This document shows positions 9,745 to 17,989 of a stretch of DNA of 64,000 nucleotides, piece after piece (positions within the stretch are counted from its first letter, which is position 1; each line of letters opens with the position of its first letter). Source of the stretch: Dehalococcoidia bacterium (GTDB lineage: Bacteria; Chloroflexota; Dehalococcoidia; Lucifugimonadales; UBA3495); NCBI GenBank assembly GCA_030740155.1, contig JASLXV010000023.1, positions 29,611-93,610 on the forward strand. Reading direction: 5' to 3'. Under the pieces are notes generated by a model, which saw only the letters and a list, made by a program, of their open reading frames with translations, was not told where the DNA came from and ran no database searches. The position numbers and the translations under genes were made by a program.

Positions 9745-10011
9745 TTAAAGCCAGCTTTCTTCTTCGTCTTCCTCCGGCTCCCGGAACGTATACCCCAATC
9801 CTTCAAGCTCGGCCCGGAGCCGCCCAGAAAACTCCTCGATGGTGCCGCTCTCCGGCACGGTGATTTCAATCTTGCCGTCCGCGGTCCGGCCGATGGAGCC
9901 GGGGTCTTCCTTGGACAGTTCCACGCTGACAGACTCCCGGTGGATGCCCAAGGTATCGGTCACCGAGAAGATGACCTCCATGTCTCCCATGTCGATTATT
10001 CCTTCGGCCAT
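9745..10011 (-). CDS. hypothetical acidic protein (88 aa)
   Basis: MAEGIIDMGDME...; AAGGGG SD upstream; coding-like composition. Confidence 0.65.
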   Translation of the reverse strand: MAEGIIDMGDMEVIFSVTDTLGIHRESVSVELSKEDPGSIGRTADGKIEITVPESGTIEEFSGRLRAELEGLGYTFREPEEDEEESWL

Positions 10012-10313
10012 AGCTGGCACCCCTTTTGACCCTAGAAGTGTGGGAAGGCATTGATCCTGAACCAAGTATACAGTCGCCGGTCGCGGACCCTGGTTCCCGG
10101 CCGGAATGGATTTCAATTTTTCCTTGATGCATGTATATTTCCTGAAAGGGTTGCGACGGCACGGCGGCATTGTGTCCCGAGGCTGCGGAAGGGCCGGGCC
10201 GCTCGCCTGACCCCTGGAATGCAACGTCACGTATAAGAATGTAACGTTACGGACAAGGTTGAGGCTCTGATACCGGGCGGCCGGCCGGCCGCCCCTACTG
10301 AGGTTTGCTAGTT

Positions 10314-11480
10314 ATGCGACAGAGCGCCGACGTGGTCATCATTGGCGGTGGGGTTATGGGGTGCAGCATGCTGTATAACCTGGCCCGGTTGGGAGTCACC
10401 AACTCCCTGCTGGTGGAACGGGACGTGCTGGGGTCCGGCTCCACCGGCCGCTCCCAGGCCATCTGCCGGATGCACTACTCCAATCCGGTGACGGCCTCGA
10501 TGGCCTGGGAGAGCCTCAAGGTCTTTACCAACTTCGACGACGCCGTCGGCGGCAGCTCGGGGTTCGTCAAGACCGGGTATCTGGTCATAGTCGAGGATGT
10601 CGATCGGCCTGGGCTCGAACGAAATGTGGCGATGCAGCAGGAGCTGGGCATCAATACCAGCCAGGTCACTGCCGCCGATCTGAGAGAGCTGGCCCCGATG
10701 CTCGCCGTCGATGAGACGGAAGCCCTGGCCTGGGAGCCGGAGTCGGGATATGCCGACCCGTACATGTTGACCACATCCTACGCGGCGCGAGCCCGTGATA
10801 TGGGCGCGGAAATCATGTTGCGGGCCCCGGCTCAGATGATAGAAGTGTCGGGGGACCGGGTCCGCGCGGTGGTGACCGATCAGGGCAGGGTGGAGACACC
10901 GATCGCCGTGGTGGCCGCCGGCCCCTGGTCCAAGATAGAACTGGCCAAAGTGGGGGTCGACGCGCCTCTGGTTCCGGTCCGCCACCAGGTGGCACTGCTC
11001 ACCCGGCCGCTGGACCGGATACCCGATCACCCTATCGTCGGAGACATCGCCCAATCCTTATCGTTCCGGCCTGACGGCTCTTCCATGACCATGCTGGGGG
11101 TTGGCGAGGACGAGGTGGCAGACGTCGATAGCTACAACCAGGGTGTGGAGATGTCGGGCATCGCCGATGCGCTGGGCCGGATGGCCCGCAGAATGCCCGG
11201 AATGGCCGATTCATACGTCCGTGGCGGCTGGGCCGGCCTCTTCACCACCACCCCGGACTGGCACCCCATCCTGGACCGGGTCCCAGGCATCGAAGGGCTG
11301 TACTGCGCCGTGGGGTTCAGCGGGCACGGGTTCAAATTGTCACCCATGATCGGCTTGGCCATGGCCGAGTTGATCGCCCAGGGGCGGGCCACGTCCATCG
11401 ACATTTCGCCGCTACGCTTCACCCGGTTCGCTGAGGGGGACCTGCTTTCCTCCAGCTTCAGGTACCGGGTGCTTGCCTGA
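10314..11480 (+). CDS. FAD-dependent oxidoreductase (DAO / sarcosine oxidase beta-like)
   Basis: VVIIGGGVMG, GSTGRS, TPDWHPILD, GFSGHGFKLSP. Confidence 0.9.
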   Translation: MRQSADVVIIGGGVMGCSMLYNLARLGVTNSLLVERDVLGSGSTGRSQAICRMHYSNPVTASMAWESLKVFTNFDDAVGGSSGFVKTGYLVIVEDVDRPGLERNVAMQQELGINTSQVTAADLRELAPMLAVDETEALAWEPESGYADPYMLTTSYAARARDMGAEIMLRAPAQMIEVSGDRVRAVVTDQGRVETPIAVVAAGPWSKIELAKVGVDAPLVPVRHQVALLTRPLDRIPDHPIVGDIAQSLSFRPDGSSMTMLGVGEDEVADVDSYNQGVEMSGIADALGRMARRMPGMADSYVRGGWAGLFTTTPDWHPILDRVPGIEGLYCAVGFSGHGFKLSPMIGLAMAELIAQGRATSIDISPLRFTRFAEGDLLSSSFRYRVLA

Positions 11481-11531
11481 CGCCGCCGGCCTGACGCCAT
11501 TGCACAGAGGAACGGGACCGGAGCACCAGCG

Positions 11532-12851
11532 ATGCTGAGAGGTGGCCGCAGGGTGCTGCTGGCCGTTTTCCTGGGCCTCTTGGTGCTGGCCGCCGGAAAC
11601 GGCGATTACCGGCCCTCGGCGTTGGACCTGGCGGTAGCGCCCTACCGGTACAGCCTGGTCCGCTGGGAGCTGTCCCACTTCCTGGAAAAATGGGTCAACA
11701 AGCTGGAGGACCTGCTGCCCTGGGCCTCGACGCCGTCGCGTGAGGACCGAATCGCCCGGGCGGTGGAGTTCTTTGACCTGGGCGAAACGTTGCGGGGCCT
11801 GGAGCACCGGCTCCGGTTCCCCGAGTCGAACGCCGGGAGTCCGTCGCCGGAGGATCAGGGCCGGCCTCTCCGGGCCGAGATTGAGGAAATCAGAGAGCGG
11901 CGACGCCACCTGCGGGAGGGTGTGGAGGAGACGATAGAGGGCGAGATCAGCGCCGTGCTCGCCACGGAAGGGTTCGCCTCCCGGATCGGCCTCATCTTTC
12001 CGCCGGTGGACACCGTCTTTTCCGGGTCTCCCGGGGCGCTGATACTGTCGCCGAGGGACCGGATCGAGCGGCAGTTGACGGTCTTGCTGATTCCCGGCCT
12101 GGACGACGACGTCCGGGAACAGATCGAGGAGCAGATCTTCCAAGGGGAAAACATGGCGGCCCTGGTGGCAAGCACCGGCGGTGTGGCCACCTACCCCAGC
12201 GTGGTTTCCGATTCCGGCAGTCTCCACCATGCCGTGGTGACCACCGCTCACGAATGGCTCCACCATTGGTTCTTCTTCCAACCGCTGGGGCAGCACTTCT
12301 GGGACAGCTCCCAAATGACCACCCTGAACGAGACGGCAGCGACACTGGGCGGCCGGGCGATCGGGGACCGGGCCTTCACGGCCATGACCGGGGAGCGGAT
12401 AAACCGCGATCCGCCACCGGAGCCCGTGGCCCCGGACCCCGAGGCCTTCGACTTCAATGCCGCCATGCGCGAGACCCGGGTGAAGACCGAGGAGCTGCTG
12501 GCCGAAGGCAACATCGAGGAGGCGGAGGCGTATATGGAGGAGCGACGCCGGTTCCTGGCGGACAACGGCAGCTTCATTCGGAAGATCAACCAGGCCTTCT
12601 TCGCCTTTCACGGGTCCTACGCCACCAGCGCGGCGTCGATCAGCCCCATAGACGCTCAACTGAGGGAGCTTCAGGACCGCAGTGGCTCCCTGGAGGGCTT
12701 CATCAAGTCCGTCGGCCGGTTCGGCAGCTACCAGGAGTTCCTGGACCACCTGGAACAGCCTCAGGCGGGGCAAGGCCGGGCGGCGGGGGACCAGGGCGCC
12801 GGCATCGAAGACCCGGCCGGCAGGCCCGAGACCTTGGCCTCCGCACCCTGA
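11532..12851 (+). CDS. exported or membrane-anchored hypothetical protein with a zincin HExxH motif
   Basis: N-terminal hydrophobic segment; AHEWLHH followed by NETAA; IRKINQAFFAFHGSY. Confidence 0.7.
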   Translation: MLRGGRRVLLAVFLGLLVLAAGNGDYRPSALDLAVAPYRYSLVRWELSHFLEKWVNKLEDLLPWASTPSREDRIARAVEFFDLGETLRGLEHRLRFPESNAGSPSPEDQGRPLRAEIEEIRERRRHLREGVEETIEGEISAVLATEGFASRIGLIFPPVDTVFSGSPGALILSPRDRIERQLTVLLIPGLDDDVREQIEEQIFQGENMAALVASTGGVATYPSVVSDSGSLHHAVVTTAHEWLHHWFFFQPLGQHFWDSSQMTTLNETAATLGGRAIGDRAFTAMTGERINRDPPPEPVAPDPEAFDFNAAMRETRVKTEELLAEGNIEEAEAYMEERRRFLADNGSFIRKINQAFFAFHGSYATSAASISPIDAQLRELQDRSGSLEGFIKSVGRFGSYQEFLDHLEQPQAGQGRAAGDQGAGIEDPAGRPETLASAP

Positions 12852-12866
12852 CGGCTTCTTGACCGG

Positions 12867-14150
12867 TCAGCGCTCGTCCTCGGCCCAGAATTCCTCCGGC
12901 CGCTTGTTATACTTCCCATAGCTCAGCACATCGTCGAACCACAGCCAGAACCGGTTCAGCCACCGCCAGCGCCAGTGTTTGATGGAGATGCGAGCCGCCA
13001 CGTGCACCCAGTGGGTGGACTTGGTCCAAGGGCAGGTCCGGGTGCAATTGGAGCAGGTGGTGCCGACCCGGTTCTGGTACCCCATGCACTTCTTCGCGTC
13101 GACCATCCACTGGAGGACCCCGGTGGTGTTGCACTCGTTGTTTGGCTGATAGCTTCGCTCGCCCGTCGGAATGGCCCCGGCACCGCACTTCCGGGTGCAT
13201 TTCAGACAGATATCGCAGAACTCGGTGATGCCGAAGTCCCGGGCGCCGTCGGGCTCCAGCGGCAGGTCGGTGATGACTTTGGATATCCGCAGGCGGGACC
13301 CAATCTTGGGGTTGATCAGGTTGCTGTGCCGGCCCACCTGACCGAGCCCCGCGTCGACGGCCAGGGGGATGCTCAGCGCCACGTCGTTGCCGCAAGGGAT
13401 TGCGTGGTACCCCAGGCCTCGAATAAACTCGGCCAGCATCCAAACGGTTGGCGCCAGCCTGGTATAGGCCATGGTGCTGAACGCCTCCGTGAGGAGGGTC
13501 GGCGCGTACTCCGCGCCCTTGGAGCCCCCGGGCCATTCGTGCAGCATCACCACCACGTACTGCATCTCCTTTGGAATGACGCGAGTCCCATCTTCCAGAA
13601 GAGTGGGCGCATCGTACTGTTCCAGGCCGGGCTCGTCGGAGAACTTGATGGGGTACTGTTTCATCGCCTTCTTGTCGAAGTAATGGGAGTACACCCAACG
13701 CCGGTCCAGCCTGGCAATACCGGCCTGGTTCGCGCCGAACACCCTGGCGGCCTTACGCACGACCTTGGATGCCTCTTTGGTGGGAGCCTCCCAGCGCTGC
13801 CCTGGCGCGGGTCCCAACTGGGACTGCCAGGCGGTGGAGGGCTGATCCGGCTCATTCTTCGAGAACCTCAGCAGATTGAGGAAGGAATCTGCCGCGGCGT
13901 CCAGGCTCCAGGCGGGCCGGTCGTAGCCGCTCCGCCCCTTTTCAACAAGCAGGTGCTGCTTGGTTTTTAGCTTGGCGCGTTCCGCGAAAGCCACCGGATC
14001 ATAGAGCGCCTGGGTGCCCATATTGTTCATCTGGTTGAACCTTACGTACGAGCTTTGCACCTCGTACATTTCGGCAGCCGTGACAAAGCCGTTTGGGCTC
14101 GGGTTCTCTGGTTGTTGCACCTTAGGGGCCGGCCGCTGCTTGATCTTCAT
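12867..14150 (-). CDS. reductive dehalogenase (RdhA-like corrinoid/Fe-S protein), no Tat signal
   Basis: LDRRWVYS, LAEFIRGLGYHA, IPLAVDAGLGQVGR, KVITDLPLEPD, FCDICLKCTRKC, C-x10-CSNCTRTCPW. Confidence 0.85.
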   Translation of the reverse strand: MKIKQRPAPKVQQPENPSPNGFVTAAEMYEVQSSYVRFNQMNNMGTQALYDPVAFAERAKLKTKQHLLVEKGRSGYDRPAWSLDAAADSFLNLLRFSKNEPDQPSTAWQSQLGPAPGQRWEAPTKEASKVVRKAARVFGANQAGIARLDRRWVYSHYFDKKAMKQYPIKFSDEPGLEQYDAPTLLEDGTRVIPKEMQYVVVMLHEWPGGSKGAEYAPTLLTEAFSTMAYTRLAPTVWMLAEFIRGLGYHAIPCGNDVALSIPLAVDAGLGQVGRHSNLINPKIGSRLRISKVITDLPLEPDGARDFGITEFCDICLKCTRKCGAGAIPTGERSYQPNNECNTTGVLQWMVDAKKCMGYQNRVGTTCSNCTRTCPWTKSTHWVHVAARISIKHWRWRWLNRFWLWFDDVLSYGKYNKRPEEFWAEDER

Positions 14151-14296
14151 GCCGTAAGAACTCCAATGGGCGCCAAATTATCGGTCGCCGCTCCGGATAC
14201 CGGATCAGGGACGTACAAATCTCTGGCCTCTCTACCCTCCAAGGCCACGGTTGCCTCCGCTAGTTTAGTGCCGTGTAATTGGCTTGTCACCCAGCC

Positions 14297-14346
14297 GGTA
14301 ATCCCGGCGGCGCTTCTCTGGATTCCGGCCTTCGCCGGAATGACGG
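14297..14346. repeat. GTCATTCCGGCGAAGGCCGGAATCC-type palindromic repeat
   Basis: tggattccggccttcgccggaatgacg; relatives at 48666-48687 and 59507-59570. Confidence 0.7.
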
Positions 14347-14438
14347 GAGCGGATGGGACTACCGCCCAGTTTCGCCGATTTAGATTCATTGCACAAAATA
14401 CGCTAATCCCTGGTTTCGGTCACGGCCGTTAAGCTCAT

Positions 14439-14502
14439 CCGTTGTCCCAGAGCCTGTCGAAGGGCGCCGCGCCGGTGGTTCGACAGGCTCACCACGAACG
14501 GT
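14439..14502. repeat. GTGGTTCGACAAGCTCACCACGAACGG-type repeat
   Basis: Near-identical 28-mers at 14475, 47809 and 47861; partner arm CCGTT...TGTCGAAGG at 14439 and 47903. Confidence 0.75.
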
Positions 14503-14602
14503 CGAATTTCGTCGCGGTTCGTTCTCCCGGCATCGCCCGGAGGGGCGTAACGGCGCTCACCGCGAACGGCGCCGGTGGAGCCGATTATCACGAGACAGCC
14601 GG

Positions 14603-15379
14603 CTAGCCGTCCCCCAGGTGTCTGATCTCCCGCAGGAACTCCGCGCCGGCGAGTGCGACAAGGTCCGACAGGCCCAGGTCGAACTTCTTGACCCCCAACT
14701 CGTATCGACGTTTGGTTGCCTCGCGATCGAACACCACGCTGAGGCTGACATCCACGCCCGCCTTGACGATCTCCACGATCATGGCGTCCATGGTCCGGTC
14801 GACCTCTGCCTGGTCCGGCATGCCCATGGACTGCCACAAGTCCCTGGGGCCGATCTGAATACAGTCGATACCCGGCACGGCGAGAATCTCCGACAGATTC
14901 TGAACCGCCTCGACCTCCTCCAGTTGGCACAGGACGAACACCTCCCGGTTGGCCATCTCGGTGTATTCGCGTCCGATGACGTCCAGCCCAAACCACGCCC
15001 CCCGGCCCTTTTCGTACACGGTACGCGAACCCTCGGGGTAGAACCGGCAGGCCTGGACCACGGCGCGGGCGTCCACGGCCGTGTTGATTCGAGGGATATG
15101 GACCCCGGCGGCGCCCACGTCCAGGTAGCGTAGTATTTGATCCTCTGAGAACGCCATCCGGATTATGACCGGGATGTTGAAGGCGTCTCCGGCCCGAATG
15201 AGGTTCTCCACCTCCCGCTCGTCCATGGGCAGATGCTCGCAGTCGATGGTCACGTAGTCATATTCCAACGCCCCAAACAGCTCGACCATCTCGGGACAAT
15301 ACGAACCGAGTCTCCCACCCACCACAATCTGGTTCTCTTTGAGCTTTGCCTTCATGCTATTGCTGCGTATTCTCATCAT
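14603..15379 (-). CDS. HpcH/HpaI aldolase family protein
   Basis: IDCEH, YLDVGAAGVHIP, QLEEVEAV, IGPRDL; start could be 15376-15382. Confidence 0.9.
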   Translation of the reverse strand: MMRIRSNSMKAKLKENQIVVGGRLGSYCPEMVELFGALEYDYVTIDCEHLPMDEREVENLIRAGDAFNIPVIIRMAFSEDQILRYLDVGAAGVHIPRINTAVDARAVVQACRFYPEGSRTVYEKGRGAWFGLDVIGREYTEMANREVFVLCQLEEVEAVQNLSEILAVPGIDCIQIGPRDLWQSMGMPDQAEVDRTMDAMIVEIVKAGVDVSLSVVFDREATKRRYELGVKKFDLGLSDLVALAGAEFLREIRHLGDG

Positions 15380-15456
15380 CACCCCTTGTGAGTTGCTCTT
15401 CGGCCGCTTGACCGAGCGGCAGGAACGCGACTTGCCGTCGGCCGCGGGTCAACAGT

Positions 15457-17454
15457 CTACAGGTACCGGCCGGCCCGGGCGCCGTCCAGCACCGCGTGGA
15501 ATATCCGGCGCGGGGCCAGGCAGTCACCGGCCAAATGGAGTTCCTTGACCCGGCCTTTCAGCGCCCTCGCAAGCTGGGTATTGGCGCGGCTGCCGCACGC
15601 CAGCACGACCGTTTCTATGCCCTCTATCCGGCGCTCTCGCCTGGTCAAGGTGTTCCGGACCACGATGCTTTCCTCTCCTATCGCTTTGAGCCCAGTCAAG
15701 GGCGAGAGGGTAACTCCCTTTTCCAAGAGCCGCTTGGTCAGCAGGTACTTGGTGGCATCCTCGATACCCTGACCCACGGTCAGCAATTCCGAAATCAGTT
15801 CCACGTCTTTACCCTGGTCCGCCAGGAACTCGGCAATCGATGGGGCGGGCAGATGGTCCTCGACGCCTCCGACAACCAGCACCTTCTGCCCAACCTGGGC
15901 CTCCCCCTGGAGGACCTGCATGGAGGTCACCACCCGTGCGTCATCCACGCCGGGAACCGGAGGAACATAGGGCTCGGCGCCGGTGGCCAGCACCACGGCG
16001 TCGGGAGCAAGCTCGGCCACCAATTCCGGGGTTATCTCTTCGCCCAGTAGTAGCTCCACTCCCAGTTTCTTGAGTTGAGAGTGGAGATAGACAATCATAT
16101 CTCCCAGTTGCCGGCGGTTGGGGTCACGAGCGATGATGCTAACCTTGCCGCCGAGTTCGGTCCGGCGCTCACTCAGCAGGACACGGTGTCCCCTGAGGGC
16201 GGCCAGCCGGGCCGCCTCCATCCCCGCCGGGCCGCCTCCCACGATGAGGACGAGCTTCTTGGCCCGAGCCGGCGCAAAATCCATCTCCTCTTCCCGGCCC
16301 GCCGCCGCGTTCACCGCGCACATCACCGGCCGTCGCCGCCCCACGTAATGGCATTCGTTGGTGACGATGCAGGTCCTGATGTCCTCGAGCCTGCCCTCCC
16401 TGGCCTTGTTGGCAAATTCTGGGTCGGCGATGAAGGCCCGGGCCATCCCCACCATGTCGGCGGAGCCTTCGGCGATGATGCCCTCGGCGAGCGACGGGTC
16501 GTTGATCCTGCCGGCCACGATTACCGGAATGTCCACCACCGCCTTGATCGCGGCGGCCATGGGAACGTTGGGGCCGGGCGGCACGTAGGACGGGCTCGTG
16601 TAGGCCAGCTTTAGCCCATCCTTGGTGAGTCCCATATGAGTTCCGCCGCTGATATTTATGAAATCGATGTGCTGGTTCAACCGCCGGGCGAGCCCTTTCA
16701 CGTCCTCCAGCGTCAGGCCGCCTTCGAAGCGCTCGTCGCCGGTGATGCGCACCCCCACCGGGAAGCTTGGGCCCACCAGTTCCCTGGTGGCCTCCAGCAT
16801 CTCCAACAGGAAGCGGAGCCGGTTGTCCGGGTTGCCCCCGTATCGGTCGTTGCGCCGGTTGGTATGGGGCGATAGGAACTGGTTTACCAGATACCCGTGA
16901 GCCGCGCCGATCTCCACGCCGTCCAGGCCCGCTTCCTTGATCCTCCTGGCGCCATGGGCGAATACCCGGACCAGCTCCGCGATCTCCTCTGCCTCCAACT
17001 CGTGAGGCACTTCCAGGTCGTACTCGTCGATCACCTCGGAGGGTCCCATAGCCAGACGCAGGGCGCCCGCATGCTGGATCGCGATCCCCAGGTGGAGCAC
17101 CTGCCCAACGCAGACGGCGCCATGGCGGTGCACCGCTTCGGCCCGCCTTCGAAACACCGGAATCAGCGCATCATCGTAGTGACGGATGCCCTCAGGCGTG
17201 GCCGGATTGAGGGGCACTACGTCGGGATCCGACGCATGGCCGGGGACGAACCGCCCCGGACCCACCGAGTAATGGTGCACTCCCTCGCCCGAATTGATCC
17301 CGATCAGCCCCACTCCCCCACGGGCCCGCTCCTCCAGATAGCGGAGGTTTCTGCCTTCCGACAGGCGGGTGTGATGGGTGGTCATCATCAACCGGTTGCG
17401 CACCAGCAGGGAACCGAGATTGATGGGCTGAAAGAGATGCTTGAAATCGGACAT
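15457..17454 (-). CDS. NADH:flavin oxidoreductase (OYE TIM barrel + Fe-S + FAD domain, FadH-like)
   Basis: AHGYLVNQFLSP, NRRNDRYGG, CIVTNEC...CAVN, VGGGPAGMEAA; start at MSDFKHLFQP. Confidence 0.9.
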   Translation of the reverse strand: MSDFKHLFQPINLGSLLVRNRLMMTTHHTRLSEGRNLRYLEERARGGVGLIGINSGEGVHHYSVGPGRFVPGHASDPDVVPLNPATPEGIRHYDDALIPVFRRRAEAVHRHGAVCVGQVLHLGIAIQHAGALRLAMGPSEVIDEYDLEVPHELEAEEIAELVRVFAHGARRIKEAGLDGVEIGAAHGYLVNQFLSPHTNRRNDRYGGNPDNRLRFLLEMLEATRELVGPSFPVGVRITGDERFEGGLTLEDVKGLARRLNQHIDFINISGGTHMGLTKDGLKLAYTSPSYVPPGPNVPMAAAIKAVVDIPVIVAGRINDPSLAEGIIAEGSADMVGMARAFIADPEFANKAREGRLEDIRTCIVTNECHYVGRRRPVMCAVNAAAGREEEMDFAPARAKKLVLIVGGGPAGMEAARLAALRGHRVLLSERRTELGGKVSIIARDPNRRQLGDMIVYLHSQLKKLGVELLLGEEITPELVAELAPDAVVLATGAEPYVPPVPGVDDARVVTSMQVLQGEAQVGQKVLVVGGVEDHLPAPSIAEFLADQGKDVELISELLTVGQGIEDATKYLLTKRLLEKGVTLSPLTGLKAIGEESIVVRNTLTRRERRIEGIETVVLACGSRANTQLARALKGRVKELHLAGDCLAPRRIFHAVLDGARAGRYL

Positions 17455-17989
17455 CTTGTTGCACGCTCTACTTCGCCAGGGCGACGAGACTACCGCACTA
17501 TCAATGCCAAAATTCAGGATCAGGATTCGGGCGTCGCAAAAACTCGCCTCCCCAACGGTGATGATTCTATGGACCCACCCATATCGTGTCAATCGCGGCG
17601 TCTCTCCTCTGGGCCGGACCTGGTTCGCTCCGACGTGGATGCTCGCCCGCGCCGGTACGACACCCTCCTCTGTGAGTTGCTCCGGAGAGGCCGGAAAATT
17701 ACCTGAAAGTTCGGCCGGAATGCCGGGGATACCATCCCATCCGGGCATGTGCTACTATTCCGGTTGCGCCAGTACTCGAATGGGGATGTCGCCGTTTACC
17801 GTCGGCCAAGGGAACACCACGTCCGCAAAAACGGGCGCAAGAACGGCCGTTTTCCCCACATCACCGGATAATCCGGGGCGCGCCTTATGGGCAACGCGCC
17901 TCTGTACGATCACTCCAATATCCACTTGAGATACGGGATGAACCACGGGTCCTCCGATGCAGGCCCATTCATCCAACTGGAGGGCGTTC

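Noticed and set aside
12867..14150. Epoxyqueuosine reductase QueG as an alternative call
   Set aside because: The RRWVYS region, the N-terminal YEV..RFNQ segment and the C-x10-CxxCxxxCP spacing fit RdhA better. An HMM search is needed to confirm.
15457..17748. Long N-terminal extensions in the ORF track (also thrC, rhodanese, arsM, AAA ATPase, ECH at 58028)
   Set aside because: Downstream starts match the family N-termini and mostly have SD sequences; the extensions look non-coding.
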